From the NCBI GenBank assembly GCA_963804955.1, contig CAWDSQ010000001.1:64001-128000 (forward strand): a stretch of 64,000 bases of DNA. The letters are read 5' to 3'. Below the pieces are notes generated by a model. It did not search any database. It was not told where the DNA came from and was given only the letters and a program-made list of their open reading frames with translations. Origin of the DNA: an uncultured delta proteobacterium. Its GTDB lineage: Bacteria; Desulfobacterota; WTBG01; CAIYCZ01; CAIRTM01. Both the position numbers and the translations under genes were made by a program. Shown here in pieces: positions 33,611-44,250 of the stretch (within the stretch, counting starts at the first letter, position 1; every line of letters starts with the position of its first letter).

Positions 33611-33964
33611 TTACAGCAGGGATAATCTTTTTATCTCCTGGCGGTTGTCCTCAACATAGTTCTTTATTTTTTCCTGATGCTCAAGCAGAAGTTTCGTAAA
33701 CTGTATGCCCATCCCGGCAGGGAAAACTTTGGATTTTGGATTTGTCCAGACCACACGGCCTTCAATCGTCATAGTCTCCTGATCATCTGGCAGACGTATA
33801 TGCATAGTAACTTCCGCATCGATAGCCAAAGGTTTATCAGTCTTCAAAAAAAGGCCGCCATTATTCACATTAAGCATATACGATTTTACAAAAGAGCCCT
33901 TTTCCCGAAACATTATTTCTATGTTTGTTCCTATACGGGGGCTTTCGCGTTCCTTCTCAATCAT
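33611..33964 (-). CDS. PilZ-domain protein
   Basis: RESPR (RxxxR), NVNNGGLF, GRVVW and GMGIQF. Confidence 0.88.
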   Translation of the reverse strand: MIEKERESPRIGTNIEIMFREKGSFVKSYMLNVNNGGLFLKTDKPLAIDAEVTMHIRLPDDQETMTIEGRVVWTNPKSKVFPAGMGIQFTKLLLEHQEKIKNYVEDNRQEIKRLSLL

Positions 33965-34108
33965 CCATAGTCCTTTAAAATAATATGTTCGTGTTGCTCT
34001 GTGCAAAATATTTATCGAAGCTCATACTAGCGGCTGCATAGCACCTGTCATAGTATTGATTGGCCTCGAAAGTCCCAGGGTACATTTCTTATGAGCCGTA
34101 CCGCAGAC

Positions 34109-34450
34109 TCACGGGGTCTTTTTAACGAGCTGCCGGATCATGCTGTCACTGAGCATATCCGTAAACCTGACGCCGGTTATCAACTCATTGAAGCGCTGCT
34201 TGGTCCACATGATTTCCGCCTCAGTGGCAATGCGCATGATCGTATTGGGTATGGCTATATCCATAACAACAACAGCCCCTCTCTGCAGGCTTTCTGTGCG
34301 CGGAAAGCAGGCTGTCGCGCCGCTTGAGCTCAGATTGGTTATCCGGCAGCCCTGATGCTGTGCGCCCTGCCTCTTGATGCTGTACGTGGCGTTCAGGTCA
34401 ACTGTAAAACGTTCATGGAAGCGCATCTTTGCATATAAAGTTTCCCCCAT
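34109..34450 (-). CDS. PilZ-domain protein
   Basis: RFHER and NLSSSG c-di-GMP-binding motifs; GVRF. Confidence 0.8.
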   Translation of the reverse strand: MGETLYAKMRFHERFTVDLNATYSIKRQGAQHQGCRITNLSSSGATACFPRTESLQRGAVVVMDIAIPNTIMRIATEAEIMWTKQRFNELITGVRFTDMLSDSMIRQLVKKTP

Positions 34451-34500
34451 GTTCTGCAAGCCTCCTGTGCTGTGTGATGTCTCTACGCACGGCAACCGGA

Positions 34501-34920
34501 TTACGCATGCTTGTTTTGCGTAACCCCGTTTGTCTTCATTCTACCGGGCAGGCACTGTATGGTCGCTTGAATCAGATCGTCTTGTTTGAAGGGTTTTCTC
34601 ACGTACCCATCATACATACCATCGATCCGCTCCTCTACCTCCCAACGTTCCTGACCTGTAATAATAAGTATTGGAATGTCTTTGACAGCTCCATCCTTTT
34701 TAAGGATGGCTGCCGCTTCAAATCCGTTCAAAACCGGCATCTGTATGTCCAGCAGAATCAAGTCCGGTGTGCAGGCACGGGCCATCGTAACTGCATCCTG
34801 TCCGTTAACCGCCTCGATCAACGCAAAGTCGTATTCCTCGTAAAACGATTTGATCAGATCACGAATGACGAAATTATCGTCGACAATCAGTATGCACGGC
34901 TTTTCACAATTTACAGTCAT
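34501..34920 (-). CDS. Single-domain response regulator (REC)
   Basis: ILIVDD, LILLDIQMP and KPF. Confidence 0.92.
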   Translation of the reverse strand: MTVNCEKPCILIVDDNFVIRDLIKSFYEEYDFALIEAVNGQDAVTMARACTPDLILLDIQMPVLNGFEAAAILKKDGAVKDIPILIITGQERWEVEERIDGMYDGYVRKPFKQDDLIQATIQCLPGRMKTNGVTQNKHA

Positions 34921-35511
34921 AGTAATCCTCGGATCCGTACTGGATGCACCGGTTGCAAAGACAGCGCGCGTTAGCAGTGTGTGTCTGTATGGGCAAAGCC
35001 GTGTGCTTCTTGTGAAAAAAGCTTTTTGGTTGCAATGAAAAAAATAATTATATATTTATATTATTTAAATCATGAATGCACAATAGCACGAAAGGGTGCT
35101 TTTTAAGCACCTTAGTGCCTTTGATATACAACTCATAGGGGGAGGAAAGATGTGTGGGTGCATTATTTTTCTACCGGTGCTTTGCAAAAGCAGGGAACCG
35201 GGTTTGTGGGAACCTTATAGAAATATGAATTTCTTTTCCCTGCGCCCTGCTGCATCTTATGCTTACCACGCATACATCCGAGCGTTTTTTTTTGCCGTAT
35301 AACCGGCTATGCGCCCGGGCCGTGCTTCCGCTGCCGTAAGGCCATACAGGCGTTTTATAGACAGACTGAAACCGGGGAGGAAAGGTCTCTTTCTGCTCAT
35401 CGGCAAGGCCTTCTTTCGTCTCGACCCCCAAGACTTTTTGATGCCGAAACCGGACGGATATGATAAGAAGCAAATCGGGGCCTTTAAACATTACTGAGAA
35501 AGGATAGAGCC

Positions 35512-36420
35512 ATGTCAGCAAAAATAATAAACGGAACGGAAATAGCAGCGCAGATTCGCGAAGAGTTGCGCTCCGAGGTGGCAGAGCTGAAGCAGCAGCG
35601 CGGGGTGGTGCCGGGACTTGTCACCATACTGGTGGGGGAGAATCCCGCATCGGTCAGCTATGTAACGGCAAAGCAGAAGACTTCTCATGAGCTGGGTTTT
35701 TATTCCATCCAGGACAATCAGCCTGCCGACGTTACAGAAGAACAGCTGCTGAAGCTGATCCAGCAGTATAATCAAGACCCGAAAATCCATGGCATACTGG
35801 TGCAGCTGCCCCTGCCCAGGCATATTGATGAAAAGAAGGTTCTCAATGCCCTCGACCCTGATAAGGATGTGGATGCTTTTCATCCGGTCAATGTGGGCAG
35901 GCTCTTGATTGGCGGCGATGAGGCAAGGTTTCTGCCCTGCACCCCGGCAGGCATACAGGAGCTGATCGCACGCTCAGGCTATAAAACTGACGGGGCAGAG
36001 GTGGTCGTGGTGGGTAGGTCAAATATTGTCGGCAAGCCCATTGCCAATATCCTGCTGCAAAAAGCGCCCAAGGCAAACGCTACGGTGACCATCGTGCATA
36101 CCGGCACCAAAGACATGGCAAGCCACTGCAAGCGTGCCGATATTTTGATCGTGGCTGCGGGCGTGCCCAATCTGGTCAAGCCGGAATGGATAAAGCCGGG
36201 GGCCTGCGTCATCGATGTGGGTGTCAACCGCGTTGGGGAAAAGATCAGCGAAAAGACCGGTAAAAAGATCGCCATTCTGAAGGGCGATGTCGATTTTGAT
36301 GCTGCAAAAGAAATTGCCGGCGCCATTACGCCTGTGCCGGGCGGCGTGGGTCCCATGACCATAACCATGCTTATGGCCAATACGGTCAGGGCGGCCAAGC
36401 TCGCCAATCCGCTGACTTAA
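35512..36420 (+). CDS. folD: Methylenetetrahydrofolate dehydrogenase/cyclohydrolase
   Basis: GILVQLPLP, KDVD, PCTP, GRSNIVGKP and TPVPGGVGPMT. Confidence 0.97.
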   Translation: MSAKIINGTEIAAQIREELRSEVAELKQQRGVVPGLVTILVGENPASVSYVTAKQKTSHELGFYSIQDNQPADVTEEQLLKLIQQYNQDPKIHGILVQLPLPRHIDEKKVLNALDPDKDVDAFHPVNVGRLLIGGDEARFLPCTPAGIQELIARSGYKTDGAEVVVVGRSNIVGKPIANILLQKAPKANATVTIVHTGTKDMASHCKRADILIVAAGVPNLVKPEWIKPGACVIDVGVNRVGEKISEKTGKKIAILKGDVDFDAAKEIAGAITPVPGGVGPMTITMLMANTVRAAKLANPLT

Positions 36421-36615
36421 GTGTCAAAAGTATAGATAAAAAGTTTTATTGTAAGAACAGGGTAAGGTTTTAGAAAAAAAGCTATTTTTTAATTATTGAG
36501 TATTTTTTTATTGACGAACCATAAAGGTCATTTGTAGTATGGCGCTAAAATAGTATTTAATAGCCCTGTTTTTTGCTGTACGTTCCAAAAAGTCATTACA
36601 AGGGAGGAGAAAAAA

Positions 36616-37716
36616 ATGGAAAAAAGAAGTATGCGGCTGTTAAGCTTCACCCTTATTTTGCTGCTGGTAGTCTTTTCGGCTACGGCATGTAAGAAAAAAA
36701 AGGCGACGAAGGACTGGAATACTTCAAGTCATGCTGACACAGAGTCGATGGCGTTCAGGGATTGGGACACTCCCGCCAATCCCACTGCCGTTGTGAACCC
36801 GGCTTGTGCAAGCTGCCACTCGACTGTGGGCTTTACCGAATATTTAACAACGAACAACCGCACCATTGAGAACTCGCCTCTTGCTACGACAAATGACGGC
36901 ATAACCTGCGATGCATGCCATTCTGATGCAGCAGATGCCGTGACAGATGTAACGTTTACGGCCTCCGGCCAAACGATTGCCGATGCCGGCGCCTCCGCGC
37001 GCCTCTGCGGCCAGTGCCATCAGGGCCGTACATGGTATGGCTCTGTCGATACGCAGATCAAAAAGGCATATCCCACTGGCGACAATGCCTCCACCGTAGA
37101 CAAGATATCAAGCAAGATCGGCTCCAGCAATCCGCATTACCGCGCAGCCTTTGCAGCCATCAAGGCAAGCAAGTCTCAAATCGGCTATAATTACGGGTCG
37201 ACGCTGATTAATGTGGATTCCCCTCATGCGGCAGGAACAGACTGCATGTACTGCCACAACCAGCATTCAACCGCAATCAATGTCGGCCGAAACGGCAGGA
37301 ACTGCGATCCCTGCCACAGCTTTACTTCAGCCGGGGATGTAGCTGAGGATGCAGTGGTGGCGCCGAAGAAGGAGGCACTTGATACGCAGGCTGCCGAGCT
37401 CTTGAGAGTTATCCAGGCATATGCTGCCGACAACGAAACCAGGAATTCTTCAGACAACGCGACCAAGGAAAAGGCCTGCATCGCCTATGACGATGCAACA
37501 TATCCCTACTGGTTCAAAGATGCCGACTGCGATGCTACGGCCGATAATGCCACGAGCAGCGGTGCATATGAATCTTTCACCCCGCGCCTTGCAAAAGCAT
37601 GCTACAACTACCTGATCTATACGAAGGACCCCGGACTGTATGCACACAACCAGCCGTATGGCGTAGCGATTCTTACGGCTTCGATTCTTAACATTAAGCT
37701 GTACAAGAACTACTAA
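36616..37716 (+). CDS. Pentaheme c-type cytochrome lipoprotein
   Basis: Lipobox ATAC; five CxxCH motifs (CASCH, CDACH, CGQCH, CMYCH, CDPCH); C-terminal YNY...DPG..AHN. Confidence 0.9.
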   Translation: MEKRSMRLLSFTLILLLVVFSATACKKKKATKDWNTSSHADTESMAFRDWDTPANPTAVVNPACASCHSTVGFTEYLTTNNRTIENSPLATTNDGITCDACHSDAADAVTDVTFTASGQTIADAGASARLCGQCHQGRTWYGSVDTQIKKAYPTGDNASTVDKISSKIGSSNPHYRAAFAAIKASKSQIGYNYGSTLINVDSPHAAGTDCMYCHNQHSTAINVGRNGRNCDPCHSFTSAGDVAEDAVVAPKKEALDTQAAELLRVIQAYAADNETRNSSDNATKEKACIAYDDATYPYWFKDADCDATADNATSSGAYESFTPRLAKACYNYLIYTKDPGLYAHNQPYGVAILTASILNIKLYKNY

Positions 37717-37738
37717 GCTTGCAGGCTACAGGTGCCAC

Positions 37739-37773
37739 AAAAGGGAAGCCGTGAAAACGGCTCCCCTTTTTTT
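37739..37773. terminator. Terminator between the cytochrome and upxY-like genes
   Basis: AAAAGGGAAGCCGT-GAAA-ACGGCTCCCCTTTTTTT. Confidence 0.75.
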
Positions 37774-37874
37774 ATCAGGAGGCAGGGAAGGAGAAATGTT
37801 TGATCTGCCCGTGCCCGCTTCCGGGAGCATTTCGGTTTTTCTGCAACAAAAGCCAATGACCTGAAATACCGGGC

Positions 37875-38438
37875 CTAAACGGGCTCCACATCGGCTGCGT
37901 CGATGCGTACCGAGGCGCCCTGCCGGAGTATATCGATGGAGAGAACGAGCATATGCTGCCCGCGTTTCTCAACCAGTATTCCCTCAACGCCCGCAAGCGG
38001 CCCCCATTTGATCCGCACCCTCCGGCCTTCCTGCAAGTAGGGATACGGCTCGATGTCTTTGCCTGCTGCCACAAGATTTTTCAGCGATGCAATCTGGCTC
38101 TCGGGTACCGGTTCGGGCGGGCCGGGCCGGCTGCTCAAAAATTTCACGACGCCGGGTGTTTTTAAAACCGGCAAAAAAGCATCCTTGCGGCTGCAGATAT
38201 GCACAAACAGATAGCCGGGAAACAGCGGGAAGGTGACAAGCTTTTTTCGGTCTTTCCAGCGGCTCAGCCTGGTTATCGCAGGCAGAAATGTTTCAATCCG
38301 CGCGCTTGCCAGATACTCATGCACGCGGAATTCATGGCGTGATCTCACATACGCGGCATACCAGAACAGCCCGTCTGCCGCCTGCGTGGTATCGCAGGGC
38401 TGTTCAACAGTTGATTCGGTCAAGACACAATGCTCCAA
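37875..38438 (-). CDS. UpxY/RfaH-type NusG paralog (transcription antiterminator)
   Basis: WYAAYVRSRHE, WKDRKK..PLFPGYLFV and KOW-like GPLAGVEG. Confidence 0.9.
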   Translation of the reverse strand: MEHCVLTESTVEQPCDTTQAADGLFWYAAYVRSRHEFRVHEYLASARIETFLPAITRLSRWKDRKKLVTFPLFPGYLFVHICSRKDAFLPVLKTPGVVKFLSSRPGPPEPVPESQIASLKNLVAAGKDIEPYPYLQEGRRVRIKWGPLAGVEGILVEKRGQHMLVLSIDILRQGASVRIDAADVEPV

Positions 38439-38453
38439 GGGTGGGTTAACGAA

Positions 38454-39825
38454 CTACTCTTCCAGAGATGCCGAGCGGCTCTGCAGCCACTGCATGAATG
38501 CGCTGACACACTCCGGGCAGAGCTCTTCGCCGGCGGCTTCTTCTATGATCGTCATCGCCCGCTCACGGGCAACGCCCCGGCGATAGGGCCGGTCGCTGAT
38601 AATAGTGTGATAAATATCGGCAACGGCGATGATGCGGGCAAAGATGGGAATGTGCGAACCTTTGAGCCCGTCAGGATAGCCCTGGCCGTTCATGCGCTCA
38701 TGATGATACAGCACGCCGGGGACTATTGCCGCCAGGCTCGGGATGGGGCTTAAAATCTCGGCGCCGATAATCGGATGGCGCTGTATGGCGGCAAACTCCT
38801 GCGTCGTGAGCTTTTCAGGCTTCAGGAGAATATCGTCACGGATGCCGATTTTGCCGAGATCGTGGAGTCTTGCTGCAATGTAAATGGTATCGATCTCATC
38901 CTTGGGGAAATCCATGATCGATGCAATACCGATAGAAACCTCGGCAACCGTTTCCGAGTGGCCCCGCGTGTAGATGTCGCGTGCCTCGAGGGCCTGCACC
39001 AGGCTGGCAATGCTGCCGAGCATCAGGGAGCGCTCCATATCGAGGCGCTCTTTTTCCTTGAGCAACAGCTGAAAATGGTCCGACAGCAGCTTCTCCGCCG
39101 TTATGACGAGCTGCTCGGTATTGAACGGTTTTTCAAGAAACGCGCAGGCTCCCCGCGACATCATGCGCCGGATGACGGATCGCTCGCCCGCCGTGCTCAT
39201 GACCACAAAGGGGATTGCGGCCCATTCAGGCTTCGTTTTCAGGGCGGAACACAGCTCGTAGCCGTCCATTTCAGGCATGGTGATGTCGCTGATAATAAGG
39301 TCGGGCCTGTGCAGCCTGAGCTGCTCGAGAGCTTTGAAGCCGTTTTCTGCGGTGATGACATTAAACCCGGCCCGGGCAAGTCCTTCGCGGGCAATAGTGC
39401 GGATGAGCCGTGAATCATCAACGACAAGAACCATGCGGTCGCGCAGGAAAAAAGAACGGTTGAGCTCGTCGTCAATATGCCGCAGCAGCTCCTGCCTCGA
39501 AACACTTTTCTATATCCTCTTCCGTGTCATGGGAGCTGACAATAATAACGGGTGTTGATTTGGTTGCAGGGCTCGACTTCAGCTGTCTGCACAGCTCAAA
39601 GCCGTCGAGGCCGGGCAGCGTGATATCGGTTATGATGAGATCGAAGCGCTGTTGCGCGGCAATGTCGAGCCCTGTCGTGCCATCCTCTGCTTCCGTGACC
39701 GCTAGACCCAGTTTTTGCAGCTCGCGGGACAGGCCCTGCCGTATGGTGAGGCTGTCGTCAATAACAAGAACCCTGACGTCGGGATCAGGGCTTCCGACCT
39801 TGTCTACGATGTCCAGTGAGGTCAT
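38454..39825 (-). CDS. REC-REC-HD-GYP cyclic di-GMP phosphodiesterase (frame break ~39480-39497)
   Basis: Two receiver domains, then YTRGHS, LHDLGK and HHERMNGQGYP. Confidence 0.9.
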
Positions 39826-40076
39826 AGAGAAAAGCCTGTGCCGGGTGGATACATGCCCGATAAGTATAGTGCTAATAAAACGGGGAATCAAGGAGCATTT
39901 TGCCGTGAGGCTTGCCGGCGCATGCATGCACGCGCCGGCTGCAGGTTTGCGTTGCGCAAGAACCGTGCTCTGTGGACATATGTCCGGATCGCGCTTTTTA
40001 CAAACAATAAATCTTGACCCCTGTATTGTTTTCCGGCTATAGTTTTTTAAACTACATCAGCTACGGAGCCTTGCGC

Positions 40077-40742
40077 ATGCCAGCACGGGCAGCCTCCTTA
40101 AAAGAACGTACGGACCGCGCCGCAAAAATCGTGGCGCGTCTGCGCTTGCACTATCCCCACAGCAGGTCATCCCTTGACTCCACAACGCCCCTTGAACTGC
40201 TTGTGGCAACGATGCTTTCTGCGCAGTGCACCGACAAGAAGGTCAACGAAGTAACCAAACCCCTGTTTAAAAAATACCGCAGCGCCCGTGATTTTGCCTG
40301 CGCCCGGCAGACAGTGCTTGAGCAGGAAGTGCATCAGACCGGTTTTTTCCGCATGAAAGCAAAAAACATCATCGCGGCGGCGCAGCGCCTGTGCAGCGTG
40401 TATGGCGGCACGGTGCCCGACACCATGGCGGATCTGGTCAGTCTGCCCGGCGTGGCGCGCAAAACAGCCAATATTGTTCTTTCAAGCGCTTTCAATAAAG
40501 CCGAAGGCATAGCAGTCGACGTGCATGTCAAGCGTCTGGCAGGCAGGCTCGGCCTGAGCGCCCAGAGCAATACCGATAAAATCGAGCAGGACCTCATGGC
40601 GCTGCTGCCCCGTCACGACTGGATAGATTTTAATTATCTGATTGTTGATCATGGCCGCGCCGTGTGCATGGCGCGCAAGCCGAACTGCGCTGCATGCGTG
40701 CTGCGCGACATATGCCCGTCGGCAGGCATGTTTCAGTCTTGA
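40077..40742 (+). CDS. nth: Endonuclease III
   Basis: LSAQCTD, HhH LPGVARKTAN, AVDVH and the 4Fe-4S motif C-x6-C-x2-C-x5-C. Confidence 0.95.
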   Translation: MPARAASLKERTDRAAKIVARLRLHYPHSRSSLDSTTPLELLVATMLSAQCTDKKVNEVTKPLFKKYRSARDFACARQTVLEQEVHQTGFFRMKAKNIIAAAQRLCSVYGGTVPDTMADLVSLPGVARKTANIVLSSAFNKAEGIAVDVHVKRLAGRLGLSAQSNTDKIEQDLMALLPRHDWIDFNYLIVDHGRAVCMARKPNCAACVLRDICPSAGMFQS

Positions 40743-40885
40743 GCGTCAGTTGAGCGCAGCGGGCACTATGTAAAAAAATAATAGATTTCCGTATGGTTTT
40801 AGTAAATAATAGCACGCAATATAGAGGCATACCGGTCTATACACGTATGCTACGCAAGTAAAAACCCGAGACGGGGGAGCATCTC

Positions 40886-42061
40886 ATGTACTGTGAAAAT
40901 TGCCAGCTTGAAATTAAAGAACAGGAAGAAAAGCAGTGTCCTCTCTGCGGCGGTCCGCTCAGCGAATCAGCTGAGGCAGGAACTGTGCCCGACATCACTG
41001 CCGGCATTGATTTTGAATCGCTCATGCAGGATGATGGACCCGCATTTGTTCTAGACGATGAAGACGAGAGCGAAGAGCCTGCGGCCAAGGCAGCGCCGGT
41101 GCCGTACAGCCTCGAAACAAACGTGAAGGAGCAGGATGCCAGTGCTGTTGATTTAGCGCAGACATCGGGCACCATAGCTTTTTCCGATGATTCATCAGCC
41201 GATATGCTTGACCAGGTTCTTCAGGAATATGATCCCCTGGTTGACGAGCATTTTAAGGTGAAAAAAGCCGGCTCAAAATCCACGACTACCCTGCTGCTGC
41301 TCCTGCTGCTTGTCTGCGCGCTTGGCGGGGGGGCATATTACTTTGTAATGATGCAGGAGCAGGAGGACCCAGCGCCTGCCGTGCCGGTGCGGATTGCCCA
41401 GGCACAAAAGAAGGATGCCGTGCTTGACAAAGTGCTGAGAAAGGAACCGCTGTCAGCCCGGCAGCAAGCCGCCGATAATGCTACGCAGGCGGCCAAAAAG
41501 CCTGACGAGGCGCAGCCTGCGCAAACAGCGGAAAAAAAGATAGAGGCGCCCGTTATTGCCGAGCAGCAACCCGTTGAGCCGGCTGCTCCTTCAAAAATGC
41601 CTGAAAAGGCCGCGCTTCAGGACAAGCGTCAACCAGAAGCGGCCATGGGAAAAACAGTGCCGGCCCCTTCTGCGCCACAGGCTGCAGTAGCCCCGGCCCC
41701 TCCAGCAGTACCGGCGCAGCGGCCTGCACCGGCGGCTAAGCCTGCTGCCGAAGAGGCAAAAAAATCGACAGAGCCTGCAGCTGCTCCAGTTGCAAAGCCG
41801 CAAGTCGCTGCCGCAGGTAAGCCGGTATTTTCTGTGCTTACCGGCTCCTTTCGCAGTCAGAGCAATGCTGAGGCTGAAGCGGGCAGGATTCGCAAACTCG
41901 GTTTAGATGCCCGTACGGTACAGGTTGATCTTAAGGGAAAAGGCCAATGGCACCGCGTGCTCATCGGCTCATGGACGCGCCGCGCCGAGGCTCTGCAGGC
42001 GGTCAATGATGTGCGTCGCAAGACTGGCAAAAAGGATGCAAGCGTCATTGCAGCTGAATAA
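40886..42061 (+). CDS. Membrane-anchored SPOR-domain protein with N-terminal zinc ribbon
   Basis: CENC..CPLC, acidic region, one TM helix, Ala/Pro linker and C-terminal GSFR..NA..WHRVLIG. Confidence 0.85.
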   Translation: MYCENCQLEIKEQEEKQCPLCGGPLSESAEAGTVPDITAGIDFESLMQDDGPAFVLDDEDESEEPAAKAAPVPYSLETNVKEQDASAVDLAQTSGTIAFSDDSSADMLDQVLQEYDPLVDEHFKVKKAGSKSTTTLLLLLLLVCALGGGAYYFVMMQEQEDPAPAVPVRIAQAQKKDAVLDKVLRKEPLSARQQAADNATQAAKKPDEAQPAQTAEKKIEAPVIAEQQPVEPAAPSKMPEKAALQDKRQPEAAMGKTVPAPSAPQAAVAPAPPAVPAQRPAPAAKPAAEEAKKSTEPAAAPVAKPQVAAAGKPVFSVLTGSFRSQSNAEAEAGRIRKLGLDARTVQVDLKGKGQWHRVLIGSWTRRAEALQAVNDVRRKTGKKDASVIAAE

Positions 42062-42123
42062 ATCAGTTTGAGCAGGCAGGCGCAGGCCGATGGCAGGCAA
42101 GGAGCGGAAACAGCTGATCCTTT

Positions 42124-43203
42124 TCAGCTGCCGATGACCTGCAATGACTTGTCTGTTCTGGTGAGGATTTCACAGCCCTTTGCCGTCACCACGGCCGTAT
42201 CCTCGATGCGCACCCCGCCCCAGCCCGGCAGATAGATGCCCGGCTCTATCGTTACAACCATGCCTTTCCGGGCAGTGCTTTTTGAGCGTGCAGACACGGC
42301 AGGCGGCTCATGCACGCACAGCCCGAGCCCGTGACCCGTGCCATGGCTGAAGCGCTTGCCCAGGCCATGCTCAGCAATGCAGGAGCGGGCCGCAGCATCA
42401 ACCTCTCTCAAAAGCTTGCCCGGAGCCAGCGCCGCAAGCGCCCGGTCATGAGCCGTTTTTACCGTATCGTAGATGCGCCGCTGCTTTTTGGTCGGCTCGT
42501 CCAGCACGAATGTGCAGGTTTCATCCGAGCAGTAGCCCTCATAGACAACGCCGTAATCGATAATTAATAATTCACCGCCTGCCAAAGATTTTGCCGAAGC
42601 CGTGCCATGGGGCATGGCTGAGCGAACTCCCGATGCCACGATTGTTGGAAAAGCGGCCGCGGCCCCGCCTTTTTTGCGCATGCGGTATTCAAGCTCTGCG
42701 GCAATATCAAGCTCGCTCATGCCGATTGTAATGCAGGGCAGCGTTTCCGCAAGGCTTGCAGCGGCAATCGCTGCTGCACGGGCTAAAAGCTTTATCTCGC
42801 CTGCATCTTTGATCATGCGCACATCGTCAAAGGCGTTGGAACGGTCAACAAGCCTGACCCCGCCAAGAGCTTTCTCCATCTCCCGCATCTGTGCTACGGT
42901 TATCTGCCGTGAGTCAAAGCCGAGTGTGCCCGCGCCGCACTTTTTTACCAGCCGGGCCAGCTCTTTGATTTTATCTTTAAAGGTAATAATACGGCCAGCA
43001 TGAACCTGCTCGTCTGCCTGCACTGTATAGCGGCCGTCCGTGAGGAAAAAACTGCTGTCGCCGGCAAGCAGCAGCGTGCCTTCCGTGCCGGTAAACCCGC
43101 ACAGATACCGGACATTTTCCGGATTTGTAATCAGCACGCCCTGCACAGCGCCGCCGGCAAGTTTTCGCAGCTTCTGCATTCTTTTTTCAAACAATCGACT
43201 CAT
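42124..43203 (-). CDS. Xaa-Pro aminopeptidase/dipeptidase (M24B)
   Basis: YLCGFTG, GYCSDETCT, HGTGHGLG..HE, TIEPGIY and GVRIED. Confidence 0.93.
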   Translation of the reverse strand: MSRLFEKRMQKLRKLAGGAVQGVLITNPENVRYLCGFTGTEGTLLLAGDSSFFLTDGRYTVQADEQVHAGRIITFKDKIKELARLVKKCGAGTLGFDSRQITVAQMREMEKALGGVRLVDRSNAFDDVRMIKDAGEIKLLARAAAIAAASLAETLPCITIGMSELDIAAELEYRMRKKGGAAAAFPTIVASGVRSAMPHGTASAKSLAGGELLIIDYGVVYEGYCSDETCTFVLDEPTKKQRRIYDTVKTAHDRALAALAPGKLLREVDAAARSCIAEHGLGKRFSHGTGHGLGLCVHEPPAVSARSKSTARKGMVVTIEPGIYLPGWGGVRIEDTAVVTAKGCEILTRTDKSLQVIGS

Positions 43204-43377
43204 GACACTCACCACCTGATATAAGCGTAACCAACCGGAAAAAGATGCTTTTTACCCCGGATTTTTCTATTGACAATTGACCATGGTAAACGTACAGTGA
43301 TGCTTTGTATACTAACAAAAGGACTGTGCTTTAGTCTATATCATATAACATACACCTAAGCAAAAGGAGAGCAGAAC

Positions 43378-43851
43378 ATGGCAGATCTTGAAAGACGCGT
43401 ACAAATCCTCGAAGACATCGAAGCAATCAAGTACCTCAAGGCTGAATATGCCGATGCTTGCGACGATATGTATAACCCCAAACGCATGCCGGGCCTTTTT
43501 ACCAAAGATGCCGTCTGGGACGGTGAAAAAGAAGGTTTCGGATTGTACACAGGTATTGATGAAGTCTGCAAATTTTTTGATGGCGCAAAAGATACCCTGA
43601 AGTTCGGCGTTCACTGGTTTTTGCAGCCCCGCATCAAAATTCTGAGCGAGAACGAGGCCGAAGGCGTCTGGTATCTCTGGCAGACCAGCACCATGGGCAA
43701 CGGCAAGGACATTTTTCTGGCCGGTCAGGAGTTCGATAAATATCGCAAGGAAGACGGTAAATGGAAAATGAGCCGTATGGAACTGAAACTTTTTTATGCC
43801 GCTGACATCAAGCAGGGCTGGAAGGACGACAAACTTTGCGGTCTTAAGTAA
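43378..43851 (+). CDS. SnoaL/NTF2-like protein (BaiE/LinA/scytalone dehydratase-like)
   Basis: LEDIEAIK.LK..Y...CD, LFTKDA.W and Y.KEDGKWK. Confidence 0.8.
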   Translation: MADLERRVQILEDIEAIKYLKAEYADACDDMYNPKRMPGLFTKDAVWDGEKEGFGLYTGIDEVCKFFDGAKDTLKFGVHWFLQPRIKILSENEAEGVWYLWQTSTMGNGKDIFLAGQEFDKYRKEDGKWKMSRMELKLFYAADIKQGWKDDKLCGLK

Positions 43852-43887
43852 TAAGCAGAACCCTACACAATATATTGTGGTTATTTC

Positions 43888-43928
43888 AAAGTCCGAAGCA
43901 TGGATAGATATGCTTCGGACTTTTTTTT
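43888..43928 (+). terminator. Intrinsic terminator
   Basis: AAAGTCCGAAGCAT...ATGCTTCGGACTTTTTTTT. Confidence 0.85.
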
Positions 43929-44250
43929 GTTTTCGTAGCATCGCTGTAAATAACTGTATAAACTTTATTTTTCTAGCCAATGCGGTTTATTTGCAACTTT
44001 ATGCAGGAAAAAAGCATAAAAACAACAAATACTGTATATAGAATTGGAATGACTCGATAATTGAGCGTGTTAATAGACTTTGTTGAGGCTGGTTGTAAGA
44101 AAAATGCATTAACATGTCTTTTTTACTTGAATTTTTCTTTTATGAAACTATAATTTAATACAAAGAAGGATCAGTATCCCGTCCGGGATTAATAACCTAA
44201 GCATTTACCAGGTGTGTTTCAGTTTAATTAAACTTCGAGGGAATTCTGAT

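Noticed and set aside
35280..35511. ZTP or THF riboswitch upstream of folD
   Set aside because: Only a partial GACTG..CCGGGGAG resemblance; the 3' GCCTGGGC pseudoknot element is absent.
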